A DNA stretch of 64,000 nucleotides from Paramecium tetraurelia (taxonomy: Eukaryota). Position numbers and translations under genes: made by a program. Within the stretch, counting starts at the first letter, position 1. Each line of letters opens with the position of its first letter. The notes beneath the pieces were generated by a model that was not told the origin of the DNA, did not search any database, and saw only the letters and a program-made list of their open reading frames with translations. This document shows positions 26,406 through 39,373 of the stretch, one piece after another. The DNA lies in assembly GCA_000165425.1 (NCBI GenBank), contig CT867994.1, positions 62,001 to 126,000 of the forward strand, given 5' to 3'.

Positions 26406-29400
26406 TCAAATGATTTAATTCAATATGTTCAACATATTAACAGTTTCCAAGAATCTGTGATCCTCAATATTCCATTTGTTTTTAGGTTTGTTCTGCAAAG
26501 CCAATATTTGTTACTTTATTTAGTCTATGTTTTTCCGTTCAAATTTGACAGATTTCTATTCTTAGCCGTTCTTCCCAGATACTTTTTAATCTACATGTTA
26601 TTATATCTTGCTATAAATCTATAAACAGTATTATTAAACAAATTCACACTTAGGGGGATCTACTAAGTTTGGTGAATGATTTTAATATAATTATATAAAT
26701 TGATGTATGCTCTTATTCTTTTTTACAGTGTTTACATTATATCTAAATTAAATACAATATTTTATACAGATTTTCAAATATGAATCTACAGTTTATGATT
26801 GATACTGTTTTACTCCAACTGCATTAAATTTTAATCGGAATGTAATGTTATTTATTTAAAAAATTATACTAGATATAAATGAGGACTGTTACATCAATAT
26901 ATTGTATAAACTTATTGGACTTAAAATTATTACATTGTCCTGTCATAAAGATTTTATTAGACTCTGATATAAATAATGTGCCTCTATAAGATGCTGATAT
27001 AGATAAGACATTTTCATTCATAGGACTGATTAGGCATTAAGGAGAATTATAACATTTTTTATGTAACCCTAACTATCCGTATTTATTATTTCCGACTCCA
27101 AAGCACTTTTTAAAAGTTTTTAGTACTGCATGTGTCTAACCACATTCTATCCAAATCACGTTTTCAATTTATGCTTAACTTGGTGTATTCCTATCCTGAG
27201 TTAATTTTCATATTTACATTGTAATCTCCCAAACCCAATTACCCATACTTATTAGAACCGACTGACCACAATTACCCCTTTGTAAGATAGAGGATAAAAT
27301 TATGTCCACAGGATATTTAATCAATTGGCTTTTTAAATTCTAAAGTACTATTTCTTAATGCTTAATTTGTTGAATATATAAAACTATCAATACTATTATC
27401 TTTATATCCAAACATGTGATTACTCTTAATATACATAGATGAATAATTAGAAGCCATATTTTGCTTAGCTTATTTCTCATCAAGGCTTAAACAATTCCAT
27501 TTATCATTTTAATAAATTGCTAAATTCTCACCTGATTAAAAATACTTTACATTGCTCTAAATTAATACATCATCAATCAATCCCCATTGATACACTTTGC
27601 CTACTGCATCAACCGCAAAGGTCTAGGTCTCAGAAACCTCCAAGAATTATATTGGTTTATTTTTATGAAAACATTATGACCAATATAAACTGTAATTTTA
27701 TAGCCAACCAAAGCAAACGTCTGTCAAATCAACCAAAAATTCTAGATTAAGAATTATTTAAAATATCCTAATCTTTTAATCATCAAACTATTAATTTAGT
27801 AATTTTTCGTAATCTAATAAATTTTTATTATTATTTTTTAAGAATTCATTGAGTTAGATTGTCTCCTTTTTCTCAAAGTTTAAAAATTCTTTATGTTTCA
27901 CTAAGGACTTAAGAATAATTGGTTTAAATTGTCTTTAAATAAATATAATTTAATTCTTGACCTTCAAGTAGTTTTTTCTAGTTTTTAACATTCTCCATTA
28001 ACTTTAAACCGATATGATCTTATTTAATTATTAGTTATAATATTTTTGACACAAATATTTCCTAATGTTTTTTTAGATAAAAATTGTTTTTTTTAATTTT
28101 ATGAATTCAATCATTTTTTGTTTGACTTGACTTATTATTTCATTATTTTAAGATCTAATTTTATTGCCTCTAAAAATCTTTTATAATTTAATTGCCATCA
28201 AATTTTCAACTTTAACCCATACTGAATCAATTACAGATCTCAAAATCGACCTTGCAAACATCTATTTCTTAAATGCCTGCTTTTATAAATATTTCCTCAC
28301 TGAGTATTAGATGAATTATATATCTTAAATCACATGATTCCATTATAAAATCGCCCCAGTTTTTGTTATAGCTTATTATAATTAAACGATAGCATTCATA
28401 ATCTTTATTTTTCTAATCTTGGGTTTTAATTTTTTTCTTAAAATGTATGAACGATAGTTTTTCTTCAATAATTTCTTGAAATTGATAAATTTGGTAACAC
28501 AATTGTCGTTGATAGTCTCAATTTTTAATTATTACTCCAATGTAAGAAAGAGCAGATTATTAGCACTAACAAGATGATCAATTTAATAAATCTTCTTTTA
28601 GCAATAGGATAACTTTTCTTATAAAGTAAATTAAGGAGGAACAAAATAGATTTAATTTATTGTATCTACAAAATCTTATACTTCATATCTATAAGGGTAG
28701 ATTTAATAATAATAATTTAGATAGTTTTGAATATTGTACTATTCTAGTTATTTGAGAATATCTTAATAATTTTAATTTTTCATTTGATGAACCATAATCT
28801 GATTACACTTTTCTTATTCCTCATTAATTTTGGTCATGTAATTCTGATATTATTCAATGTTGGTTTTATATTACACATTTAATGTTTGAGCATTTGAAGA
28901 AATTACTTAATCTTTTGAACTTTAAATGAATTCTGCAACTTTTGATAAAGATTCAAATTTATTTTATACTTTAAACTCAGCAACACTATAATTAATCTAG
29001 CCATATGAATGGTTGATTGTAAACAGTTGTGGATTCTATGGTTAAATTTTCATCTATTTAACATATGTTCTCTAAAGAGATTTAATCTTTTCGATAAGTT
29101 TCCCTTCCTCTGTATTAGTCAGAGTATGCTCCTCAATCATTCCAATTAAACCAACAGTCTTTTTATCAAAAAGCTCTATGATTTACAGATTTGTCGTTAG
29201 AGTAATTTGAGCAAATTGAATTTAGACTTCCTTCAAATCTCGTTCCCTTTCGATTTTAATTCGATTATAAAATTAGTAATTGAGTTTTTCAATGGAATAA
29301 TTTTCAATTAATGCTTCTAAGTTAGTTTGAATTGTATTGAATGAAGAATAAAACAATAAACTAATAAAGGTTTAAGTATCATTATTATTCACTTAGTTCG

Positions 29401-30307
29401 TATTAAAGGTGATCTGCCTGGCTAGATAATATAAGAAGGTAGAAATTTAATCTTTGATTATTTCCATTTCTTATTGATTCATTTATTATTCAATAAATTT
29501 GTTCCCCATTTTTCTCTTTTTGATAGTCAATTCTGTGCATAATGATTAAGCACCTAAATCAAGGTTGGATTCAATTTTATTGATTAATTCTGATTGCTGT
29601 TGGAGTTGATCGAATTTAATCATTTGAAGCAGTAATATAGAGGAGAATAATTTGGATAGAAGTTAGAAGGTTGAAATCTGATTAATTGATTTTAAAAGAT
29701 CCTATAAAATGTAATTGTTGTATTCTTCAATTTACTAAAAGGGATATTAATATTAAGTTTAGGTATTTGAATTGGTTATATAGTTATTATTTTCATTTGT
29801 AAGTTAATTATAAAATAAATTCAAAATAGGAAATTTAAAATTTTTAGCAAAAATTCGATTTGAAATATTAAAATATTTATACTGAAAACAGTTGTTATTA
29901 AAAATGGTAATTAAGTTGTTATCATTTGAATTAAATTTGAAAAGTTCATTCAAAATAATTAAACTCTATAATAATTTAGATTATTTATGATCGATTTATT
30001 CTATTAGATGATTAAATGAGAGAATATTTGAATTTGAAATTTGAAAGCAGTAACTTTCATTGCAATTAAATTAAAATTAAATGGCTGAATTGTTTACCAT
30101 TAGGAATAAGCAGTCGTTGATATTGACTGATTTGTTGTTTAGCAATTAGTGTATAATCTGATGTATGTTGGTGTTAGGTATGGTATTGTCAATGATTGAA
30201 TTGGTCAAAACAATTTAACCATCATCCAATTGGACCTTGTCTTTGGCTACAAGGATGCCAGGTTGATAATTGTCTTTGAGTTGAACAAGCACTTTTTAAT
30301 TAATCAT
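26406..30307 (-). CDS. Myosin-like protein: degenerate motor domain + IQ motifs + RCC1/ATS1-like tail
   Basis: Code-6 ORF from ATG 30307. Myosin-head homology blocks (KLFSSILLLQMIKF; ELTIKKRKMG; NLEALIENYSIEKLNYQF; NLQIIELFDKKTVGLIGMIEE; FTINHSYGQINYSV), IQ motifs (IKLQKIFRGNKIR), RCC1 repeats (WSVGSNKYGQLGLG; GVGNNKYGQLGL). Confidence 0.85.
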
Positions 30308-30344
30308 TAATTTTAATATCTTGAGCGATTAAATAAATTAAATT

Positions 30345-31572
30345 ATGAGTGCATTTTCGGAGGAACATAATAGGTAAAGGAATTTAAATATCATAATTTA
30401 AAGGGATAATTCAAATGAGCCCCCGAGGAAATAGGAGAACAACAAGAAAGTTCACGAGTATCCAGAGGATTGGCCTATGAATCCGTCGCCAAGATTTACT
30501 CCTATGCAATATTCGTAATTGTTTCCTCATATTCCTCCTCCCTTGGATCTTGAAAACAAAGGTATTTCGGGAATTTAATGAGGTTTCAATGACTATGATC
30601 CCTAGAAATATCTCAATAGCGACAAAAAGGGCTAAAGCAGCTATGCATTTCGAAAACATTCATTGGGAGAAGTTCCGCAAATTGATCATATGGACGACGA
30701 CCCACATCGAAACCCGTATGCTTTCGGCTACTATCCAATGAAATACCCTCCATAACCTATGATGATGAAATACCCCCCTGGTCAACAGTTTATGGTCTCA
30801 CCGTGGTATCCACCCAGACCTCCTTAATAAATGATGCCTCCTTATTGTTACTATCCTCCTATGTATGATGGTCTTCAATGTCAGAATACTGTTTCAAAGG
30901 AACTTCAATCTAAAGTCTTTCAATTAGTCTCGTATCAAAAGGTTTCTGATTTTCAGTGTAATTGCAAAAAAAGTAAATGCCTCAAACTTTATTGTGAGTG
31001 TTTTGCCAATAATGGGGTATGATATAACTTCCTAAATTTTTACAACAAGGTGTGTTCACAGAGTTGTAATTGCCAAGATTGTAAAAATAGAATAGATAAT
31101 CCTCAAGAGAGATCAAAAGCAATCGAAGAAGCCTTGTTAAGAAACACTGATGCTTTTGTGCAATGTTTTTCAACCAAGGGAGGTGCCCAATTTGTTCAAT
31201 AAGGTATGTTAATCTCTCATCTCAGATAAACCACTTAAAGAACCATCGAAGGACAACTCCAGTGTCATTCGGAAAGGATGTAATTGCAAAAAGTCTGGAT
31301 GCAAAAAAAAGTATTGTGAATGCTACAGTCAAAATATCAGATGCAATGAACTTTGTAAATGTGAACATTGTTTAAATAAGACTGATGCTGAAATATAGGC
31401 TCAACAAGATCTAGGGCAAGAGGATCACAATAATTTGAGCAAAGGCAATCAAAAATAAAAAAAAGTAAAATTGGAGAAACATGAGGAAAGAAGCGATTCT
31501 CCTTTTGTTCAATTGGAAATCAATCTAAAGAAGAGCAATTTACATAAGGTGAAGAAACAAGAGAATAATTGA
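30345..31572 (+). CDS. Tesmin/TSO1/LIN54-like CRC (CXC) domain transcription regulator
   Basis: [19 protein letters not shown]...[12 protein letters not shown] and [36 protein letters not shown], linked by [16 protein letters not shown]. Confidence 0.93.
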
Positions 31573-31624
31573 ACCTATATATAATTCATTAATAATTATT
31601 ATAAATATCATCAAGAGTTCAAAG

Positions 31625-33181
31625 TCAATATTTCATATGCTTTTCAGCATCGTATACTAAAATCCCTGTCAATCTTGAATTCATCAAAGTATTGAGATAT
31701 GCCTTAAGAATATAAGTTTACTATTTACCATGTTATCTATGATAATTAAATCGTCATCTTAATATGTTACTTGAAACAATATTTTGTATTGCTTCTTTTC
31801 ACAATAGACCTTGATATCGATCAACTCGAATTGGCTAGAATATTTGTTGATGTCACTCAATGAATAGATTCTTATATTCTGTTTGTACATATGATTTGGA
31901 TTATAGTAGATAAATCCTATATTAGAAATATTGTACTACTTGAAATTCAAACCAAATAGTCTAATATTAATGAGTATTCATACTTCCATCCATATTGCAA
32001 TGAGTACTAACTGTCTGCTCTTGTCTCCTCTTTGAATTCTCTATTATTCCAAGGGTCAATATCACTTAATTCACATCCAACATACTTTATCAATGGCTAC
32101 GAATTACAACCGACAAATCCAAGTCTTCCATTCAGAACCGTATTGATGTGTGAAATCATGACACTTTTATGCGATTGCATCTTTTTGATAATGAAGGATA
32201 ACACCAAATTTTAGTTTTACTGAGAAATTGATAAAAATTAGATCTAGATTAAATTATTAATTACATCATTTCCTATAGTTTATTTTATTTCGTTTAGAAA
32301 TCTCAGTAAATCTTGATTTGAATTCGTCAATTTCTTGTATTAAACAATTGATTGTGTGAACTCAATAGAAAAAATCTAAATGTGTTGAGTGGCCAAAATT
32401 ATTGGGAATAAACTTATATCAACAAACACTAATAAAATTGATCTAGTTGTTACATTTATTGTAATGCAATTATGTTGAATTTAGAGTATAATCATTCTAA
32501 AGAATTAATTCTAGTTTGCTAAATTTTATTGCTTCTCTAATTATATGAAAGATTCCATATTCATTTATATATTTTTCAGAGATTAATAAATTTTAGAGGA
32601 AACTATCCTATGATCTAGTTAATATATCCTTGAATTCATCTAAATGTTCAATAGTGAAATGATAATCATTAGTAACTCGGTATAACAAATCCAAATATTC
32701 CTTGTTTTCGTTCAGATGCAACAGAATCATAGTGTGTTCATTTATACTTTTCAAGCGTTTATATTTCGGATTGGTGTAGATTGTGTAACACACGTGACTA
32801 TCATCCTCTTCATACAGATCTTGCGAGATTTCTTTGCGTTATACTACTGTTCCACCCTTAACACTCATTGATGGATCTCTCATGTCGATAGTAAGTCTCT
32901 CAAGTTTAACAGATTGGTTTTCTACCTAATAAGGTCCTAATACTTAGTTCATTTTCAATGTATTTTGATATGATGGACATATCTCTACTTGAATAACGTT
33001 TCTTATTCAAATCGATTGAATTTTGAGCAACATCAATTTTAGTATATTTTTGTTCCTTGTTTTCTTCCTCCACTTCTAAAGAGTTTCTTTGTTTCTTATC
33101 CAACAGATTTTGGAAATCGTGTTAATTTTACACTGCTTAGGCAGGCTATTAAGGGTGCTGTTTAGCACAAGGGATTCCCAT
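31625..33181 (-). CDS. N-acylated protein with degenerate NEURL4/ART-like C-terminal domain
   Basis: Starts MGIPCAK; multi-exon code-6 ORF; C-terminal DIDPWNNREF...ETRADSQYSLQYGWKLFGLN and YKILFQV resemble the ART-like domain but lack YHG[ST]. Confidence 0.6.
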
Positions 33182-33269
33182 TAAATAATTAAAATTTATG
33201 CAAATATTTCATCTCTCCCTATATTACAATTACATCATAGGCAAATAAACTTAAAACTTAATAACAAAG

Positions 33270-34030
33270 TTATGACTTCTTTTATTAGTAATTCCATTAT
33301 AGAATCAAAATTTAAAACAAAATTTTCAAAAAGCACACAAAGCTTATGACATTAATCACATAGATTGTCATAATTGCATCCCTTCTTCATTGGAATGATC
33401 CCTCATCGATTCATAAACTAATATTGATGGCTTAATAAAAAATCCATTTCAATCTAAATTTATCGTATTTTTACTTGTTTTGAACAACTTTAACTCTATT
33501 TAGTGATAGATTAAATGCTAGTATTCAATTATTAACGTCAAGCACTCTCAATATATTACCTAAGTGCTCTTAATTTTCAAATATTAATATGATATTCTAA
33601 CTCCAAATGAATGATAAGAAGTAGGATCCAGATTTCAGATTTAATTAATTTATTTCATGAAGCTTTTTATCGTTTTTCTGATCATGATGATAATGATAAA
33701 TTGTTAAGGATAATCTTTTGACTAGACGATAAAATAACGATATTAGAAGAAGCAGCTTGTCAATTCAAAGTCATTGGCATAAAATTAGTATAAAACCCGA
33801 CTATTATAATAAGATCAAGATGATATGGTTGAACATTAACAAAAAATATAAAGTAGTGGAAACCTTGAAAATGAAGCAAATGAGAGGATGAAAGTTAAGA
33901 AAATTGTAAAAAAGAGAAGGATTATCCTTAAGCCTATACCAGCTCCAATGAATGAGAAAGAAGTATACAGAAAGAAAAGAAAGGTCCATTAAAAAATTAG
34001 AAAGTGCAAAAAAATCATAGAGGATTGAAA
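33270..34030 (+). pseudogene. Decayed coding segment (probable pseudogene)
   Basis: Coding-like stretches (e.g. ENEANERMKVKKIVKKRRIILKPIPAPMNEKEVYRKKRK) switch frames and are broken by TGA without usable GT..AG introns. Confidence 0.4.
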
Positions 34031-34499
34031 ATTCATAATCAATAAAACAGATTTCAAATGTTTTTTTCGTCTCACCTAGATATTATACTAACTATATTTC
34101 TTTATTATTTTAATGTCCTTGGTTATTCAGAATCAATTCATAGCAAAGCAGTTAAACCATCTCATAAGATTCATCAATTGAAGCGATTACTATTGATCTA
34201 AGAATAGTAATTATTTTAATATATAAAAGTCATAAAATTGATAATAAAATATTTCATTATAGCTTATAACACTTATTTAATTTAAATTAGATATATATTG
34301 AATTGTGTGACAGAATTAGATTTTATTATCTTCTCAAAACTAGGAGTAAATCAGATTATATATATAAATATGTTATATTCATTTAATTATTTAAAATTAT
34401 TCATTGTCCTCTATTCGCACAATTATTAAATTTGTAAGAATAATGATATTATATAAATTAAGCAAAGCATATATTTCTAATTATTCATAAGGAATATCT

Positions 34500-35590
34500 A
34501 AGTAGAATGAAATAGAAAAAAACTAATAAAATAGTTTGACTTGAGCTGAATAAATTATTAGGGTGGCAAATAAATAAATTCGAATTATTAAACAATAATA
34601 ACAATAGAATTACTATAATATTTCAAATAATTAGAAAATCCTTGGCTTCAAAAATTCAAAGAGAATAGATCAAATATGGATCCACATTAATTTAATTAAG
34701 AGTTAAAGTCCATATCTTGAAAATTATGGCAGATATTAGAAAAAATATAAATAATAGTAATATGACTTATTTCATTGTTAGAATCAAGTGCTTAACTACG
34801 ATGTGAATAAACTATATGTAAAAGTTACAAGTATTAGAAAATGAGTTAGAAATTAATGAGCAGTAAAGAATAGATATCTAAAAGAAATAGAATCTATTCT
34901 GTTATTAAATTATATTTAAAATGGACAAACTTTGAGATAATTAGTTTAGAAGAATGGTATTTTAAAATTAAATTCTAATGAAAAGGATATATTAAGAAGT
35001 AAATTAAAAGGAACAGTTTGAGACAAAATTGAATATCACATAATAAAAATAAATACAATTTCTAAAATGTAAAACTTGGCGTAAACATAAATTCCTGAAT
35101 AAGAATTCGGTAAGTTAAAGGTTGATTGTATATTGAAAATCCTGCATAAGTTATATAACCAGAGAATTAAATACAATCTGATGAGGAGTACAAAACATAA
35201 ACATTATACATTAACATAATTATAGAAGTTGAAATAGAATAGCTAAGAATCAAAATATAAGAAAAAAATCTTGATTAAATTTAGTTTGAATTACAAGATA
35301 CAAAAATTGATCTATCAAATTCTTTGGAAGAGTAAAAGTTAGAACTGATCAATCAATTTACTTATTTTTGAATGAAGAATTAACATATTAATAAAAGAGG
35401 ATTTGTTAAAATATCATTTTTTGAACTCAAAAATTAGTTCAATTTAAAAGCGAACTACAAACTCAGTAAAATATATATTAGGAGTTGAACATAAAGTAAG
35501 GAATGACTACTTATAGACTAGATGGAACCTTATGGGGAATAGATTGAGTTTTATATTAATATTCTAGATGAGTTAAAACAGTATTAAGTA
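34500..35590 (+). pseudogene. Decayed coiled-coil gene remnant (probable pseudogene)
   Basis: Long Q/E/K/L-rich stretches (YMQKLQVLENELEINEQQRIDIQKK) interrupted by in-frame TGA and frame changes; no clean start. Confidence 0.4.
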
Positions 35591-35665
35591 TTAATTGTGA
35601 TTAATCTTACAAATAGGTTTCAGAAAATTGAGAATTTATAATATAATTATTAATTTAACTAAACA

Positions 35666-38600
35666 ATGAGCATAAAAAAAATATCAATACGAAACCTATT
35701 GTCATACAAAGCAATCGATTTAGAGTTAGGAGGCAATTTAAATATATTTGTGGGTAAGAATGGCAGTGGAAAGTCTAATTTTGTGAATGCATTGCTATTT
35801 GCATTAACAGATAAGTTTGGGAGTTTTGACAGGAAGATGATTGAAAATGTATGTATTTATAAACGAAAATATATTAAAGAATCTTATTTCAGATGAATAG
35901 CTGCCAATTTAGGTTTCCATCACTTTAGACAATGCAAATTAGAGATTGCCTTACAGCACTGAGGAAGTGACCATAATGAGACAAATGACTACAAAGGATG
36001 AGTTCTTTTTGAATGGAAAAGCTGCTACAGTCTCTCAGTTTAGTAATTTACTGCAATGTATTAATCTCTCCCGCTAAAATTATTACAATATTGTCAGACA
36101 AGGTAAGATAAGTAAGATTTCTTAAATGCGTGATGTTGAAGTGTTTGAGCTTTTAGAAGAAGTGAGTGGTGTGGCATTGTATGAGGAAAAGAAGCAAGAG
36201 ACAATGAATAATATAAAGTAAGCTTAATAAGAGAAAGAGGAGATAGTTAAAATTTTGAATGAGTTGGGTGCTTAAATTAAATAGTTGCATGATGAGAAGG
36301 AGGCCTTTAATTAATTGAAGGACATTTAGAAACAAATTTAATTACATGAAGTTTAGCTTTCACTAATTTCAGCTAAAAGCTTTTAACATTAATTGTTGGA
36401 TCTAAACACAGAGCAAAGCAGATTGCATAATCAATTGCAAAGTCTGATGTAATAGTAATAGGATTACAGCAATGCTTAATTCAAGGCAAATAAGGAGATA
36501 GAATTGTTTGATTAGTTTTTTAATGAAAATAAATAGAAAATATAAGAATTTGAAAAGGAGGAGTAGAATATGTTAAAACAATATTCAGATTTATCCATTC
36601 AATTGAATGAAGTTAGGGAAAGATTACACGCTTTAAAGAGTGTCAACAAATCAGCTATTGAAGAGGAGTTCAAAACAACTGAATAAAATCTTGACAAGGA
36701 AATGCTGAAAATCTAAGAATAACAAGTCAAAGTGGATAAATAAATTCAATATTTTTAAATCCTGTAAACTGATGATCCAGTTAAATGTTTCAAAGATGAA
36801 ATGCAATCTCTTACAAAACAGCTAGAAGGGTATCAGAAAGAATTTAAGAATGTTGAATTCAAAGTATCTCAAATTAACAAGGATTTGAATTAATTGAAAT
36901 AATAGAAATAGAATCAAATTAATGTTGGAGAAGTATAAGGCAACATCAAAAAAACAGAGGATAATCTATTGCAATTGAGAAAAAAACTGGAGTCTACTCA
37001 ACTAGATAATATGGAATTGTAAAAAACTAAAACACATTAACAACAGAAGTTATGTAAACTTTAGAATGAATAAGATATTGAGTGTAATCAACTTGATAAA
37101 TAATTGAGAGATATCTTCACTGCATCTATTATTAAAATTATGGAGTTCGCTGAAGAAAAAGGGTTGACTGTTTATGGAGTGTTCGCTTAATTAATGAATG
37201 TCAAATAGAAAAGGTTATTGCCTCTCATAGAAACTGCCAGTGGTCCTCGTTTATTTAGTCTAATTGTACCAGATACATAAACTGCTAAATAAATTATTGA
37301 TTTTAATAAAGACTAATAAGGATCAGTCTTGAGAATATACCCTCTTGATTTAATAGATGATAGAGTAACTCAATTCGATGCTCCAAAAGATACTATCAAT
37401 TTGTAAGATCAAGTCACCTTAAATGGGGATTTCGGCAAAAAAAAGTCTTTGATTGCTAAGGTCATTGGAAAATGGATTGCTGTTAAGGATTATCAGACTG
37501 CCTTAGACATTTCATCAAAGCACGAGATCAACTGCATCACTTAGGATAATGAAGTAGTCTATGCAGATAGTTTCTTAACTAAGGTAGGAGCAACAAGAGT
37601 TTAATAAAGCAAGACTATTTCATTACAAAAAATATTAGCAATGCATTAAGAAATTAAGATGTTGACTAAGTAGGATTAAGAGATGGAACAATAGATGGAA
37701 GAGGATTAAAATAAATTATTAGAAATTTAAAGAGAAATACAAAACAGTAAGAATAACTTAAACAATTTAATCTAATAATTATAATCTTAAGATACATCTG
37801 CTATAGAGAAAAAACAAAGAGAACTGGACGCACTTGAATAACTTGCAAAATAATTGGATATTCCTATTTAAGACACAAGTAATAGGATCAAGGATATTCA
37901 ATAAAAATTAAAAAATCCAAAACAGATTAAGAAAGGATTGACTGATGATGATATTAATACCTTATAGTAGTTGGTAAAAGAGAAATAACAATTATCCTAA
38001 TAAATTACAACTTTGATGAATAAGAAGAATGAAATTAAGATGAAATAGTAAAAGAAGGTTGATGTAAATAAGATTCAATAATTGGAGTAATAATAATCTG
38101 AACTAAAGTAATAAACAGACTAATTGAATATGTAATTAAAAGGAAAGCAGAAGTATCACTAAGAAATAATCGAAGTTTAGAATGAAAACAAAAAGAATTT
38201 GGCTCAAGCCTTAAAAGAAAGAGATAATGCTAAGTTAGAAAAGAGTAAAATAGATTTAAAAATTGATTCTATAAAAAATCAACAGACTGAGTTTGAGATG
38301 CAAGCTCAATAGTGTGTCAATTAATTAGAAACCATCGAAAAGGATAAAAGGTTGATTGATGCGTTCAGTGAATTAGATGAGCAATAATCTAAAAACTAAA
38401 TCATTAAGAAGATTAAAGAACTTAAGACTAAATTTAACCATAAATTTACTCAAAAACATTAAAGTTTATTTGAAAAATTAAATGAAATTGAAACAAGATT
38501 CTCAGATTACTAATAGAAACTATAAAATCTAAAGTAAATTTAATAAGATTTTGATAATCTTTGTGAAATTATGGACAAGAAGGCAGAAAGTCTATTATAG

Positions 38601-39080
38601 GATTAATTGTATAAAAGATTTGCTGAATACTTTAGACATTACTTTTTATAAATTGTAACTACTGGAGATTGTCAAATTAAGTTGATTAAAGGTTTAAGGA
38701 AGAACAATAAGAAAAATTGGGGAATCGACATTAAAGTTTCATTCAAAAATAAGGAAGTTTAGAATTGGACATCATTTTCAAGTGGAGAGAAAACAATAGT
38801 TGCCTTTGTCATTCTAATATCCTTGTAAAAATGCGATCCAGCTCCATTTTACATTTTAGATGAATTCGATGCTGCTCTTGATGACAATTACAGAAATCAA
38901 GTAGCTCAAATTATCTTGAATTTGTCAAAAGAATCTCAATACATTATTATTACATTTAGACCTGAACTCATCAGCTTAACTAGTGATTTAGTAACATTTT
39001 ACAAAGTATCACATCATAATTAGTAAAGTTCAGTCATCAAAACAACATAATAAGAAGCAAAGAAAATTCTCAAAGCATGA
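35666..39080 (+). CDS. SMC3: Cohesin subunit SMC3-like
   Basis: Walker A GKNGSGKSN, Q-loop YNIVRQGKI, LLEEVSGVALYEEKK, coiled coils, hinge (VYGVFAQL), C-terminal QKCDPAPFYILDEFDAALD and QYIIITFRPELI typical of SMC3. Confidence 0.88.
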
Positions 39081-39373
39081 AACTTATAAATTCAATTTTA
39101 TCATATATATATCCTTTCAAATTTTCAATAGTCTTTTATTTATTATCATTTTCTTATCATAATTCTAAGTTATAAAATCATTTTTCTTAGTTTATGTATG
39201 TATTTTCTAAAGAATCTCTTTTTTTGCAATTGTATTCCTCCATCAAACAATTTTAAAAATAATTATTTGATAATCTTTTAGATCAACAATTATTGAGAAG
39301 AGAAAACTCCTAAACTTTTTGGTATATGTTTAATATAATATTTATATTTGACTATGTACTCAATTTTATTTTG

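Noticed and set aside
33270..35590. In-frame TGAs as selenocysteine or readthrough codons
   Set aside because: They are accompanied by frameshifts, with no redox motif or recognisable SECIS; decay is the simpler explanation.
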